A stretch of DNA of 63,988 bases, counting the filler, from Conidiobolus incongruus B7586 (taxonomy: Eukaryota), in assembly GCA_000697335.1 (NCBI GenBank). It is 6 parts of 6 records of this genome, joined end to end, with 100 filler letters (N's around TTAATTAATTAA, not from the genome) between each part and the next. Parts side by side here need not be neighbours in the genome. Positions count along the whole stretch, not along the records: positions 17,322 to 28,318 come from JNEM01000078.1; positions 28,419 to 47,519 come from JNEM01000081.1; 4 more parts are not named here. One strand, written 5' to 3'. The notes beneath the pieces are model-generated. The model was given only the letters and a program-made list of their open reading frames with translations, had not been told where the DNA came from and did not search any database. The position numbers and the translations under genes are program-made. Below, piece after piece: positions 24,902-39,124 of the stretch. Each line of letters opens with the position of its first letter. Positions within the stretch are counted from its first letter, which is position 1.

Positions 24902-27900
24902 CACTGCTCAATGAATATTTTATTTGTGAATTTGATTAAATGGAACAATGGAATTTTAAGTGCTCTTTGATGAATGCAAATATAGGATAATGAGTTTATT
25001 TTAACTATTCCAACTATTCAAACCTTGTTAATGAAGAGCAGACGATAGGTATTTATAGGATATTGGATAAATCAATATTAAGGTTTATTTGGCCAAGATG
25101 TGTGGAAAAACCGAATATTGAAGGAGAATCAAAATGGCCAATAATTTCATCTTTAGAATTAGTGAAATTTAGTTAAATATAAAATGTTGATAGAGACAAT
25201 GGGATTATGAGATGATTCTAGTTATTAGTGGTACCAAACCTGATATTGTTTTTCACTCTATTTCAGATATTACACAATATCTGACCAAATTTGCATATCA
25301 TTTGTTCATCTCATTTATTGATGGTATCTCAAGTTACACTAACTGAATAATTCTTGATAAAAACACATTATTTGCCTAAATTTCTTTCAAAAATTAGTGA
25401 AACTATCAATGTCAAACAAGTCATCCAACTGTCAAATGCTATTTATTAATGTGAATAATTTGCTCTAGTATTTGTATAAACTGATCATAAGATAATGGCA
25501 TGTTATATTATGCGATTTATTGCTTATTTAACCTATTCAAAATACATATATATTTAGAATATTCATTCCATTTAAAATGTTTGGCAATTAACAGTACATA
25601 TAGGATACACCATATATAAGGCTCAAGATGCGGTTTATTTAAAAAACCTTCACCCAATTTGAGATAAAATATGAATAATATTGGCTAAATTTAGTTACTT
25701 TTGATTATATGCTACAGAATGTCACAGCATATTTTTGATAAACAATATTGATGATCCTCAATTAGATATATAGATATGAAATTAATATAGAATTTTAAAA
25801 ATTTCTAAATAATTTTAACCATTTGAAAGGCATTTAACTATATTTAACCATTAAATTCCTCATTTAACTTGATAATTTCGACCTCAAAATATCAATACGT
25901 TCAAATGATAAAAAAAACCTCATAAATAAATAGTCTGAGAAATACTAGCAAAATACTGAATCGAACAAATAACTGCATATAAATAGTTTATTGTGTGAAA
26001 AATTGATATCTAAACAATTTGGTAGATATATGAATTTTTATTAATATTAAAGTTTAGAATAAATTTACAAATATACACTTTTCTATCGAATTATCTTATT
26101 ATTTACCAAAATGTCAATTTTTAAAGCTTTTATTAAGTGGATGAATATTTCCAAAAATGTGGATCATAAATATTTATTAAAAAATTTTCTTTTTCAAAAA
26201 ATTCTCATATAATTTAATTTTATCAGTGAAGAGAATTTTGGCCAATCATTTTATTGATAGTCATATCAATACCTAATATTATAAAAATATTTTTAAAACA
26301 CTGATATTCTTGGCTATTAAATCAATACTCAAAAATTTACCTATTTCTATTTTTAATATGAGTATATTAAGAAATAATTGAAAAAAAATTATTAATAAAA
26401 TTCTTTATATAATATATTTAAAAATTATTTTGAATATAATAAACCATATACAAAAAATTATTTGATCTCAACCAAATATAAGCTAATAAGAATGTAATTG
26501 AGAAATGATCAAATTGTTTTAGTAAATCTAAATAAACTAATATTATAGCAGCTTGCTTGATAAAATGCCCAACTGTGATACTTTTTCAAAATATATTAAT
26601 GCATTACGATTGGTCAAGACTGTGCTAAATACACTCATTGGAATGGTTATATTCCTAATTACAAGCAAAATTTTATAATGAGTTCAAATAAAATGGATAT
26701 ATCTTAGGTTATATTCTTGCTTCATTATAATTAATCAACTTTTAATTTCATAAGTTAACTAAAACAAAAATATGGTATTCTGTAAAATGAATATTTCAAA
26801 TTAATTATTATTAATTAGAATTTATTATGATATCAACTAATATCGATTTATTCCTAACATTTCAAATAGCTTCAATTTTAAATGATCATATTATCATGAA
26901 TTAATCTTTATTATATTTTACATTGAAATAAATCAATTAGAATTAATCTATTCATCATAAATAGTATTTTATATAATATTTTATTCATCTAATATATATT
27001 TTAGCAAAGGATTAATAGAATGAAAAAGAATAATAATAGACCATTATGCTAATATATAATATTATAATGGTCTTAAATAATTGATTTATCAAATAATAAT
27101 AATATCGGCAATCTACCAAATAAGTCTAAACCTATATGATATCTAATCCAAGCACATATCGTTAACCATGTTTTCAGTTACTAATAATTAATTTACCACG
27201 GATAAAAATTAAACTGGTAGTTTCATTTCGATCCAAATTCTGTCATGCTAGATAAGTTGCACAGTTATTAAAATTAATATAAACTTTAGCCTCTTGATAT
27301 TAAACTCACAATGGCTTGATTGAAGGTAACTTATTTTTAATAAAAAATAACTCTTATTTTATTTGTTCCACATTTTTATTACTTTTATTATTAAACATTT
27401 AATTTTTATTAAAATAAAAAGTTTTAAATAAAATTTGAATCAATTTTGATTTTTAAAATGTGTAAGATTAAAAAGAAAATAAAAGAACTAATTTTTAAAT
27501 GAGGAGATCAAACTCCAATAATAATATAGTTCGGTAAATCAGTTTAAAATCCTATTAAAGCATGAAAATATATTCAAATTTAATATAAGCCCTGAATAAT
27601 ATTTAATTAGACTATATAATTTTGATGTCATTTCAAAATAATTTTTCATTTTTATTCATTGACTTGGACTAATTACTATAATGTTTAGGTTAGAAAATAT
27701 TAATCTCTTATGTGGATAATATATTATTTAACCCCCATTTTTTCAATATTTAAAAATGATTGTTTTTTATTTATTGGATATCACAATTGAATGTGATAAT
27801 GATTAAATAATTTCAAAAACTGTAATTTTAATCAATACCATTTTTCAAATATATATAAACATGTTAATAACTTAATTTTTCTTCGACTAATTCTTCTCCT

Positions 27901-28318
27901 GTACTTTGGCATTGATATTTAAAATTTAAATATTGTTGTTTTGAGATTAGTATAATGAACTAATATTTTTTACTTGAAATTTATATGTTATTAGTACTTT
28001 AGTAGTTAATTAGCCAAATAATTTTTATTATATTACTCTGGATTTTAAATAATAGGACTTTTTTGAGATTGAAAATAAATAAACATTTTAATATATAAAT
28101 TACAAAAATATATAATATAAAGTCAATATCCTTTTTTATTATTAATATCTTTTTCTAATTATTTTTAATTAGATTTTTGATAACTTTAATTTTATATATT
28201 TTATAATCATTTTATAAAATAACAAGTGTTTTTATATTATATTAATAATATCAATCCAATATAAAATTATTCAAAAATAATAATATAAAATTTCTTAATA
28301 ATTGATTGTTATTAAAAA

Positions 28319-28418
28319 NNNNNNNNNNNNNNNNNNNNNNNNNNNNNNNNNNNNNNNNNNNNTTAATTAATTAANNNNNNNNNNNNNNNNNNNNNNNNNN
28401 NNNNNNNNNNNNNNNNNN
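28319..28418. other. Artificial contig linker
   Basis: 44N-TTAATTAATTAA-44N. Confidence 0.97.
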
Positions 28419-29801
28419 AAATATATTTTAATTAATTAAATTTTTATAATTATATCTAATCCTATATTAAATTTATATATTAATTTTATAATTTATTTCA
28501 TAAGTCAAATATCAACTTATTGAACAGATATAAAATTGTGATATAATTAATATTTAATTATGTTTAACCATTTTTAAGTATAATAAAAATATTTTTAAAA
28601 ATATATTTGGTTATTGATTAAATCATAGTAAAGTTTGTTTTTTTAATTTTGGTAGATTTTTTGATAATTTTCCATCCAGTTTTAAAATGACAAACCTAGA
28701 ATTAAACGGAAGTTTTGAATAAAACATTCTTTTAATAAGTTACCTATAAATTTTGAAGTATTTCAAAAGGTTTGTAGTTAAGTGTTAATAATATTAAAAT
28801 AATAAACTTTTGATAATAACTATATAATAAATGTATAATTAAATTTGACGCGTTATTATTTATATATAAATATACATATTGCCAAAAACCATCGATTCAC
28901 TTGTTTATTTTGTTTAAAATCCTAAATTTGGAAGATGTTATTATATTTGAAAAACAAATTAAAAAAGCAGAGATATACAATGTCCAAAATAATAATGTTA
29001 AATTTTGAATGATGTAATCAATATTAAATTTCAATCCTAAAATTAGTCCAATTTAGTTAATTTGATTTAAATATTAATCAAATCTTTTTCAATTGCTGGA
29101 AAACATCTAATAATTGTTTATATGTAAATCTTTTATAAGTGTTATGAAGGATTAATATATTGTATATTTTTATTTCACGTTGATTATTTAACTATGCACT
29201 AAGTTGATAAATTGGAATTAATTAACTATTCACATATCGCACTTTCAATATATCAATTATTGAATGGTTTCAATATCAATGAATTTGTGTTATTGTTTTA
29301 TTTTGAAAATACGCGTCCGTCTTGATGGAATATTTAAGGCAATAGTATTTGATAGATTATAGTATTCACCGAATCAATTGTTTAAATAATTTACTATCAA
29401 CCATCTTATTTTAAATCGCTGCACTATTAACGTTATAGAAATAACAAAATCGCAAATACCCCATAATCTAATAAACACACTAATCAAATTTCATCTTAAT
29501 AGTATCAACAATCATTGCAATCAAATTGTTTTCATTTGAATATATTTGGTATAAATAATTGTCGATCCAAGTCTAGATGAAAGATGTAATTTAATCTAAT
29601 CAAATACATGTGATACTTTGTAATATTAAAATTATCTTTTACATTTAAAATACCGAATTCAATATTGATAATTATTCTATATTGATATACTAACAAAATT
29701 TATATTGGTGAAATAAACTTGCAGTATAAATAAAGATTAAAGGGATGATATTTGAATTAATTTATCAGAAAAGGAAGAGATTAAAATTATTTATTTAAAT
29801 A

Positions 29802-30539
29802 ATGAATTTAATAGTGCTATTTCTACCAATAATTGTTGCTAGTGAGAATTGTGTTAGCAGAACTTTTACCTTTGATAACACAAAATGGATTACTTTAGCT
29901 AATTATAATAATAATCCTGAACAGTACGATTTCACATCGAATCTTACTCCCAACCATGTTTCGAATCGAGCCGGTCATATGTACCTAAAAATGACTGTCG
30001 ATCCAGCGAAACGAAGCTTTAGGGGTGGTAGAGCTGGTTTAGGAGCAGTGCTTTCCTCGACACGTACAATGAGATACGGTACAGTTACTGCCAGAATTAA
30101 AGCTGGAACCACTAGCATGGGTGTAGTATCCACTTTTATGCTCGAATCTTCTAATGGGGGTAAGATTTCGTTCGATATGGTGGGAAAAAATAGGACAGTT
30201 GTCTATACCAACTTTCAACCAAGTAGGCAAGGAAACCTTGTTAATATATTGCCAAGTCACGTGGGCGCGGATTTAGCTACTACTTGGCATACCTACAAAA
30301 TTGATTGGACTCCTCAAAGAATCCAGTGGTCTGTCGGTAATAAGGTACTTCGTACTGTAACTGCTGATGAAGCTGGGAGTGATTACCCATCTAGTGAATC
30401 TTATGTTCGTTTCGCAATTTGGGATGGAGCTGCCGTAGATGCTTTGACTGCAGCTTGGGCTGGCTCACCCACTAACTTTCGTAATAATCCAACCTATCAA
30501 ATGGATATTGATAGCTTAGTGGTGGAATGTAATAACTAG
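29802..30539 (+). CDS. Secreted GH16 (Crh/Utr2-like) protein with degenerate catalytic motif
   Basis: Signal peptide. GH16 motifs STRTMRYGTVTARIK, GVVSTF, WHTYKIDWTPQRIQWSV, FAIWDG and WAG. The expected EIDxE position reads KISFD. Confidence 0.88.
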   Translation: MNLIVLFLPIIVASENCVSRTFTFDNTKWITLANYNNNPEQYDFTSNLTPNHVSNRAGHMYLKMTVDPAKRSFRGGRAGLGAVLSSTRTMRYGTVTARIKAGTTSMGVVSTFMLESSNGGKISFDMVGKNRTVVYTNFQPSRQGNLVNILPSHVGADLATTWHTYKIDWTPQRIQWSVGNKVLRTVTADEAGSDYPSSESYVRFAIWDGAAVDALTAAWAGSPTNFRNNPTYQMDIDSLVVECNN

Positions 30540-31019
30540 ATATCGTGAGATATCCGTTGCTTTGGTTTATTGTTGTTAATAAAATTCTTTGCTGAATTCT
30601 GATTGAATTTTTACAACCATTTAGTATCAATTTCGTAAATTTTTAAATATTTATTAAATCAGAAAAATTTTATAAATATAATAGAATATTTTGATTTTAA
30701 ATTTAGAATATACTTTATGATTACAGCTTTGAACAAGTGTGTTGATAGAATATATACAACCCATATTCCAATAGTTTTAACAACTACTAAAATTGTAATT
30801 TTTGAATTAGATACAAGAAGTTTTTTTGTTTTATTATGTCATATATACAACTTTGATTTAATAGTCAAAATTATAAGATTTAACTTAATTATTTATAGTT
30901 ATTAATTTTAAATTCAGAATAATTAATAATAATTCAAAGTATTAAATTTATAAACAGTTTTATTATTAATTAAATGAATACAATAAAAATTAATTTTAAA
31001 AAATAAGATTGTATTCAAT

Positions 31020-32222
31020 TTCGATTTACGGGAAATATACTTATCAAACTGGTTAGGTAATAGTACATCATATTGATGTAGTCTTTAATGTTGTTATACT
31101 CATCTAAATTTGGGTTCATGTGGATAATTTCATTGGGGTAATAACACCTGTAAAACATCCAACAGCTAGAAAACTGAATAAAAGGCTATTAACTGAAAGT
31201 AATTTTTCAGGTCAAAAAGTTAGGAAAATAACTGTGCAATAATAGTGAAGAAACCATGAGGAAAGATATCAAAAATGACGCGAAAGGCGATGAGAGTCTA
31301 GCATTTTGTTGAAAAGTATCAAATGGCTAGGAAGGCGAGGCTCATGACCAAGTTGGAGAAGATCTAGGAATTGATAGTGCTGAGCATACATGCTATTTTG
31401 GCCAAGGCCATACGTCCCAAGTGGAGCCTCTGTCCAAGAGACCGATGACGAAGGCAGCTTCTCTAGCTTTCAAGCCAAAATTTGCACAGTCAAGTGGCAT
31501 GGAGAAGATGGGATACAATATATTACACTAATGAAAAATCCTAAAGTTACATCTTAATGAACCTTGGGATCTCTGATGATGCTCCAATCGACAATGATTA
31601 TAGAACTTTGGAGAGGAACCTTAAGCTTCATGAGGAATGTACAGCTCACCATGATCACAGCGGAGATGATAATATTAATACGGAGTGACTATTTAAACTT
31701 GAGATTATCGATCATCAGCTAAGTGATGGTACTTAACACTAAACCACTCACGCCCGATCCTTTTGCACAAATTCCCAAGGCAATGCCTCTATATTTGAAA
31801 AGCCACGCGAGAAAGATTGAAATAGCAGTATTAAAGCACATACTTATATCAGCATCAACCTAGAGAGATTGAGTAATGATCAAATGCTAAGTTTAGACAG
31901 CAAAACTACTGACGATAAGACATGGATAAAATAAAGTGGGTCCAATAATGATTGTAAGATAGTAATCCAAAGACAGGATTGCACTGGTGGAAATGGAGAA
32001 AATAGCATAAACACCAGGACATAAATCACCGATCATAGATAGGAAATTGAGGTAGGCATCAGGGAATTGAAACTTGGTATAATCGGCCAAATTGATAACA
32101 TATATATTAACCACGCCGAATATAAAGTAAAGGGTCAAGAAGCTAGTGAGCGCTATCGCCTGATTATAGCCTTCATCCGATTTTTTGGTATGTGTGGTGT
32201 CAAGTTGAATTTCTACTGCCAT
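31020..32222 (-). pseudogene. MFS transporter pseudogene (monocarboxylate-porter/Mch-like)
   Basis: The N-terminal ORF with TM segments stops at 31893. Downstream frames retain AWLFKYRGIALGICAKGSGVSGLVLS, which resembles the WF.K.RG.A.GI...GSG.GG motif of MCT-type MFS proteins. Several stops and frameshifts, no obvious introns. The 3' end is approximate. Confidence 0.75.
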
Positions 32223-33509
32223 ATTGTGTAATCAATCTCTGAATAGAATTTTGGAAGCCTATTAGTGACATTCTATCAACGTGATTTCTCTTGAATTATT
32301 CAAATGTTTCAATTAATTGGGTTAAATTTAGTTTTAAATAAAAGTTTGATGATTTAACAAACACATTAGTTATGTAAATTGAATAACCAATTCGAATAAT
32401 ATTTAAAGCTATTAAATATTATATAATGATACAAATTCATTTTAGTTAACAGATATCATTTGTTTTTAATAAGCATTATATTAGAGTGTTTTAACATCAA
32501 GCGATTATTATAAATTCATTCGATAATATAATATCTCAATTCACCATACACCTGGTCCAAAAATTATTCATATCAAAACATCTAATGAATTATGGTATTT
32601 TATAGTAGCTCATAGTTTTTAAAATATCATATCATTTGAAGTCTGTTTCAGTTAATATATGGCTTTTTTGGTCCTTGTTCATATACACTATTTCAACATA
32701 TTACGAAAATATCATTATCAATTAAATATATGTTCTTTTTATATATAACTCAAGTTTGATATTAATTTATTTCATAAATTGATTATCCTTTATAGTTGCT
32801 ATATAATCTTAACTCAAATATATATACCATAAACAGCATAACTTGATAGATTTATGAAAACCAAAATAACTTTCTGAGTTCATAGCAAAATATTTTAATA
32901 AATATTTATTAAGAGTTAAATCATTTAAATATTATAAAAGATGATAGTAAAATTATAATCGATTTTTATTTTTAACAAGTTATTAAATGAATTGGTTGAA
33001 AATCGAGATTAGATCCTAAATTTTAAATACTAATCTTTAGATATCATTTTTATCAACAAATGGTCAATTTGAAATGGTTTCACAGTATTATATCCATACT
33101 TAATTATGAAATTAAATCTATATAGGTACTTGTATGTTATACTTACTTTTCAATGTTTACAATATAAAGGGGCTAAAATTTTATTTAATGATATAAATGT
33201 TAATAAACTACATTTAATTTCAAGACTCTAGATAGCTACATTTGGATATAGTCAATAAATATTATCAAAGAAAGGATTTTTAATATAATGCCCCAAATTT
33301 ATTTATAATTATAAAAATATATATTTGTTTTTAATCAATATTGTTTGAAATATATTACTCAAAAATTTCTAGTGAATTATTAACTAAAATTGATAGTAAA
33401 ATTTAAAAAAATGTAAACATGAGATAATATTATAGTTTAATATTTGAGAAATAATGTTAATAATGATCGAATTAAAAATGAAAATATCAAGTTAAAAATT
33501 ATTATTTAC

Positions 33510-33582
33510 TATCTCCTATCGGGTTCAACCCAACAACAACGAGATTATGAGGCTTAATCTCTGTCTACTTCATCACAGAAGC
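33510..33582 (-). pseudogene. Degenerate tRNA-Met(CAT) copy
   Basis: Aligns along its whole length to the tRNA at 39125-39197, sharing TCGGGTTC, CGAGATTATGAG and terminal AGAAGC on the + strand. Stems and A/B boxes are disrupted. Confidence 0.85.
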
Positions 33583-34435
33583 ATGATTTAGAAAACAGTA
33601 TTTTGTGTTTTATGGTGCCAAGATTAGATTTCTAATTAAAGTTTGAAAAAAATGTTTGATATCTTAATATGAAGTTATAATTTTTACTTGAATTAACAAT
33701 AACCAATGGGATTCCAGATATTTTTGCTTTTTATATTTTTTTACTATCGTTTATTAAATATTATTCTCTCCTTTTTATTTTTATATGCTTGAAACAGTAA
33801 TTCTTTAGATTGATATAAAATTTAAAAAAGAAATTTTATTAAAATTATTCTTTTCAGCTTTTTTTCTTGATAGTATTAAGATATAATCACCTTTGGTATG
33901 ATAGTGGTATCATTATTAATTTCACATATATTACTAACCAAAATTTAAACTATTTTTCAAAAAGTATTTTCACTTTTATATGGAATTTAAGCATTTCAAT
34001 AATAAAATATTTTATCATATATTGACAATGGATTTTGAATTATTTTTAATATAGTGTATAGAATCAAAATGGATTTTTAATATTTATTAAAACCAAATAT
34101 ATAGCATTTTACGAAATATAATATTTTCAATATATATTAATCAATTATTTTAAAAAATAACAAAATATTATCTGTAATAATCTAATATCAAAAAGCATTT
34201 AAGCAAATGAACTAAAATAAATTGCAAATCTTTAGTTGAAATTATTTTTAAAAAGGAAAGAATTATATTAAATAACTAGTTTATTAGTTTGACAGTATAT
34301 ATTACCCATGAAATATATATAGTATTGAACGCTTTTCAAGCGAAGAATGATTTTATTCAAATATAACGAAATATCTATAATAATATTATCATACTTAATT
34401 ATCATTGAAATATTTTATAATGAACTAACTAACCT

Positions 34436-37400
34436 CTAAATTTGGTTCAATATTTTATTAACATAGTCAGTGAAAAGATCTAGATTATTTTCATCGAGAT
34501 TTGCGTTCATAAAAGTTTCAACAATTTGACGGTTTGCATTTATTTTCTTTTTATCATGAGAAGAAAATTCAGGAATTGGCATTTCCATATTTTCAATTTG
34601 ATTTTGAAAATACTTAGCTGATTTGAATATTTAAAAAAAATAGAATAATCAACTCACTAAGTTAATTACCTCTTTCAATAATTTCATCATCTAAGCCATA
34701 TTCTTCAGCATATCTTATTCCCCAAGATTTAGATTCATCGCCTTGAATGATTCTATACAAATTATTACTTATTTTTCTTTAATAAATTTAAATAATCCTA
34801 CTTGAAGTGGTATTTCATGACTTTTTCCTGAATATCAGTTTCAGTTTTTAACCAGCGAATTCCCTTCAGATGATTATCGTTGAAATATTTTGTAATACCT
34901 GCAAAATATTGATAAAAATATTAACAAAAATAATATATAATGAAATAAACCATGAAAATGAGTTGTAAATATGTTGAATGGACAATTGCCTTTCATACTT
35001 AACAACTCAATGATAAATGCACAAAATATTCCGATACCATCTATAATTGATTAATATTATTAAAATTATTTGAATTGAAAACTAACCAGAGATATTTGTT
35101 CCTTTTCCAAATTCATCAAGGATTACTAATGAATTTTTGGTACATTTTTGGATAATGTTGAAGCCTCTTTGTAAATCTTGATAAAATGTACTTAATTCCT
35201 AATAATATAAATATTCAGATCCAGAATAATAATTAAATATTTACTTGGGCAATAGATTCATCAGTGGTAAAAATTGTAAAAATTTGATCAATCAGAGGTA
35301 AACTAGCACTTTCTGCAGGCACAAAGCTTAAAAAAGTTAATTTAAATAATTATTCAATTTAATTAAAAATACCTGCCAATTTGATTCAAATAAACAACAA
35401 TAGCAATCAATTGAAGGTATACACTTTTCCCAGATGCATTTGGACCTTTTAATATATATACATGTCCCAAATCATCCGAATAATCCAATTCACAATTGTT
35501 AGCTATGCAATTTCTGAAATTCTCGACTAACAAATTTCTAATTCAAAATTAATACTATATCACATTTATATATAAAAAACAACCTTGCATTTTTTACTTC
35601 AATTTTTCTTTTGCATGAAATTTTAGACCTTGTTAAATTATACTTTGTAGCGGCTTTAACCAGTGATATAATACTTCAAACTGATTAAATAGCATAAAAA
35701 CCGAGTATTTGTTTAATTACCAGTCCAACTGAGCAACCAATTCAATTGCTTTTTTAATCTCCAGATAAAATTTTTTAAATTCATTTTTGAACATTATAAA
35801 TAATTCAATTTCTCGATCTAAAATCATTAATTTAAAACCTTATAGGTATATTTGAGTTACCTGATATCAAATTGTAGACATCACCGTATTCTTCATCTAA
35901 TTCTACTTTGAAATTAAAATAAATTCATTAAATTTTTTAGAAATTTTATTTACGTCTCATCCTTGAATTTTTATAATAACAAACTTTTGATGAACAGAAC
36001 TAAATATTGTTAAAAATTTTAATTGAAATATTTTTTTTGAAATACCATAAATTCTAATCCTGATATTTGATAATTATTATCAGTCAATGTTTGTGATATA
36101 GGTGTGCAGATTAAATGTCCAAGCTGTGGATAGTATACAATATTTATACTACGTAATGGGATATTGGATATATTTTTAAAGTTAACAGCTTCTTCATTCT
36201 AAAAGATTAATAAATTTTTATCTGATAAATATATTTTTAAAATACCAAGATCTGATCTAATTGATTGTAAATGGATTTCAACTGATCTAAAACCTTGGAA
36301 CAAAATTAAGTATATTCCTATTAATTTAATTGTATGATTTTACTTCATCAATTCCTGATTTTATAATTATTTTTCCATTCTCAACACTTAAATCAAAATC
36401 AATCTATATTTATTAGATAAATTATTGGAAAAAAACAAATTTGCTATTTACCATTTTTTCAATTTCTATTAATCCGTTTTGCAAGATATTATAAAGGTTC
36501 ATATCATACTATAAAAACAATAATCGTGATATTTAGATCAATTGAAATGTATTTGATTTATATGCAATATTAATGAATTATATTGATATGAAAAAAAATT
36601 GACAGTCACTAAATATTTCTAGATTATTAAATATCATTACCAGATTGAATAATTGAAAAAAATTATACTTCATTCCAATTATAGACTTTAATTGTAAATA
36701 TTTAGATATAAACTAGAAAGGATTAAATATTAATCAATAAATTCAACTGAAATCATACCTCTCTTAAAGTTATCCAGTCTTCAATATTGCATCTTGTAAA
36801 AACTAGTGATAAAGTTTTATCAATTGCCCCAATTCCTATTAACGTGGATTGAAGTTTTGGAACTATGTTAATATTCTCAGGATTTATAAGAAATTCTATT
36901 GCATCATGTCTTTGATTGATATAGGTTTTATCAATTAACGGTTTTTTCATCCAAGTTCTGAATAACTTTTTTCCAATTGAAGTGGTGGTAAAATTTAATA
37001 TTTCTAGTATATAAATTATATTTAGTTCTATATTATAAACCTAATTTTACCAAATAAAGAATTTGATTCTTTATCCTTTTGAACATTATTTAAATTTTGA
37101 TGTGGCTCAGTATTAAAAATAGGCATATCTCTAAATCATTAAATATTGTTCAAGTTTTTAGAAGAAAAATTACTTGAAGTATTCATAATTCATAAATTTT
37201 CCTAAATCGCCACTATTTCAAAGTCAAATTTTTACCTCAAGTAAATACTATTATATTACCTTTGAAATTCAGATATTTTTAATGGCCTACTCCCAATTTT
37301 CCAAACTCGATTGGTAAAGTCATTTTTCATTATGAAATTAACGATTGCACCCAAACAATTCATCTAATCATTAGTTAGATTTTTTTTGATTAATTGTATA

Positions 37401-38270
37401 CTATATACCATATTTTGGCCATATTTATCGATATTCTCTTCCTTAAATAATTGTAAAATATTTTCGGATTGATTTTTAGAATTTAAATCCTGTTGATTGA
37501 AAGAGGAAATGACAGATGTAGTTGAATACTCACAAGATGGTAATAATATAATTTCTAAATATTATCAATATATAAAAATTGAGATAATTAGCAAAATACA
37601 ATACTTTGATCATCTAGGTAAGGTAATATATCTTGAAAAACAGAATTCACCAAAATCTTGTCTGGATTGTATTTGTTGATAACTAAATTTTGTTAGTAAT
37701 TTGGTAATATAAATTTTTAAATATACCTTTTGATACTTTATCAGTTTCATTATTCTTTATTTTTGAAATTATAAATTCATCAGAGCCATTGTGATATATT
37801 GACAGTAAGAAGTCGGAGGAATCTTTATTTAAAGATACAATAGTCTATAATTGTTATAATTTAAATAAATATTTTCTTTGACACCAAATTACCTCAAATA
37901 GATCACAATCAATATCCTGATTCTTCGATTCGGTTTGCTCATATAAACTATCAGATAAAATTCTTGCAGGATTAGGTGAATTCTCAATATCTATCAAATC
38001 ACTGTATTTCCTCTTGATCGAATAATAGCTGTGCTTAGATAAAGATTCCCAATCAGAAATATTGGACTGAGTTTCTGAAGATTGATATGAATGTATATCT
38101 TTCTGATTTTCGACATTGATGCTGTGAAATTCTGAAGATTGGATACTAGACACAGTATCCAGGTTTGAAATATTTGGACTTGATGTGTGAAATAAATTTG
38201 TTTGTTTATTTACAGAAGACATAACTAAAAAAATATTTAAAATTGCAATTATTTTCTTACACCTAGCCAT
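34436..38270 (-). CDS. MSH5: MutS homolog 5 (meiotic crossover factor), about 24 introns
   Basis: Spliced by eye across short introns, mostly 40-52 nt. Peptides: IFNTEPH...KESNSLF, TSIGKKLFRTWMKKP, IDFDLS, VYYPQLGHLI, Walker A GPNASGKSVYL, FVPAESA, STFYQDLQ, SLVILDEFGKGT, TTHFH, SWGIRYA. Stop TAG at 34436-34438. IF..E.H, YxPQLG and DEFGKGT favour MSH5 over other MutS paralogs. The exact first exon is uncertain. Confidence 0.88.
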
Positions 38271-39124
38271 TTTATAATAAATATTGCATTTAATAAATGC
38301 AATCTTTGATATTATTAAGAAATCCAATTGTTAAAATGTTTTTAAATATTATAATATAATAAAAGCTATGCAATCATTAAATAGTTTTATCTATTATATC
38401 ACAAACTTTAAAATCAATATCTTGTTCTAAATTATTGGCTAATTTACTGAAATTTATAATATCAAACTTTATATCTTAATCATTTCATATTTTGAATTCC
38501 TTGCAATAGATTTAAGCCCAAATAAATCACATAAAAGGTATTCAATAATATTGATTAAGTTAATGTTATTTTAGAATATAAAGTAAATTTTGGGTATTGT
38601 AAAAATTAAATTAGAATAATTTTCACTTATTTGGCTATTATTAATAGTTTCAAATATATCCAGCGACAACAATACAGATATTATCATATGAAGTATTATT
38701 GGAAAATAATACCCACACATATCTGATGATATAACATAAATTTAATATCAACATCCCAATTCCTTATTATAGTAATAATATCGGTTTATATTATGATAAA
38801 TTGGATCAAAATATTAGTCATAAGTTTGTTAAAGTTGTTATATTATATTGTATGGATATCGAGCTAACAGGTAAATGACCAATTATTAAACACAGTTTTA
38901 CACGATGTAGGAATTATTTAAAGATATTTTATTTTGGATATTATTATTTTAAGAGTAAAATAATAAAATGTGCAGTGTTTAATAATTTGTCTAATGGATG
39001 TTAGGAGAGATATTTTAAATGTAAGAATAATGTGATAAAATTTGATGAATAAGAAGAGATTATATAATTATTGATAATGAAATATTTAAAATGTAAAAAA
39101 AATGTTGAAAAAAAAGAAAGATTT

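Noticed and set aside
37497..37679. 60-aa plus-strand ORF and other ~60-aa ORFs in AT-rich spacers (7450, 10613, 11707, 17883, 30717)
   Set aside because: Antisense to MSH5, or chance ORFs with AT-driven composition and no recognisable motifs.
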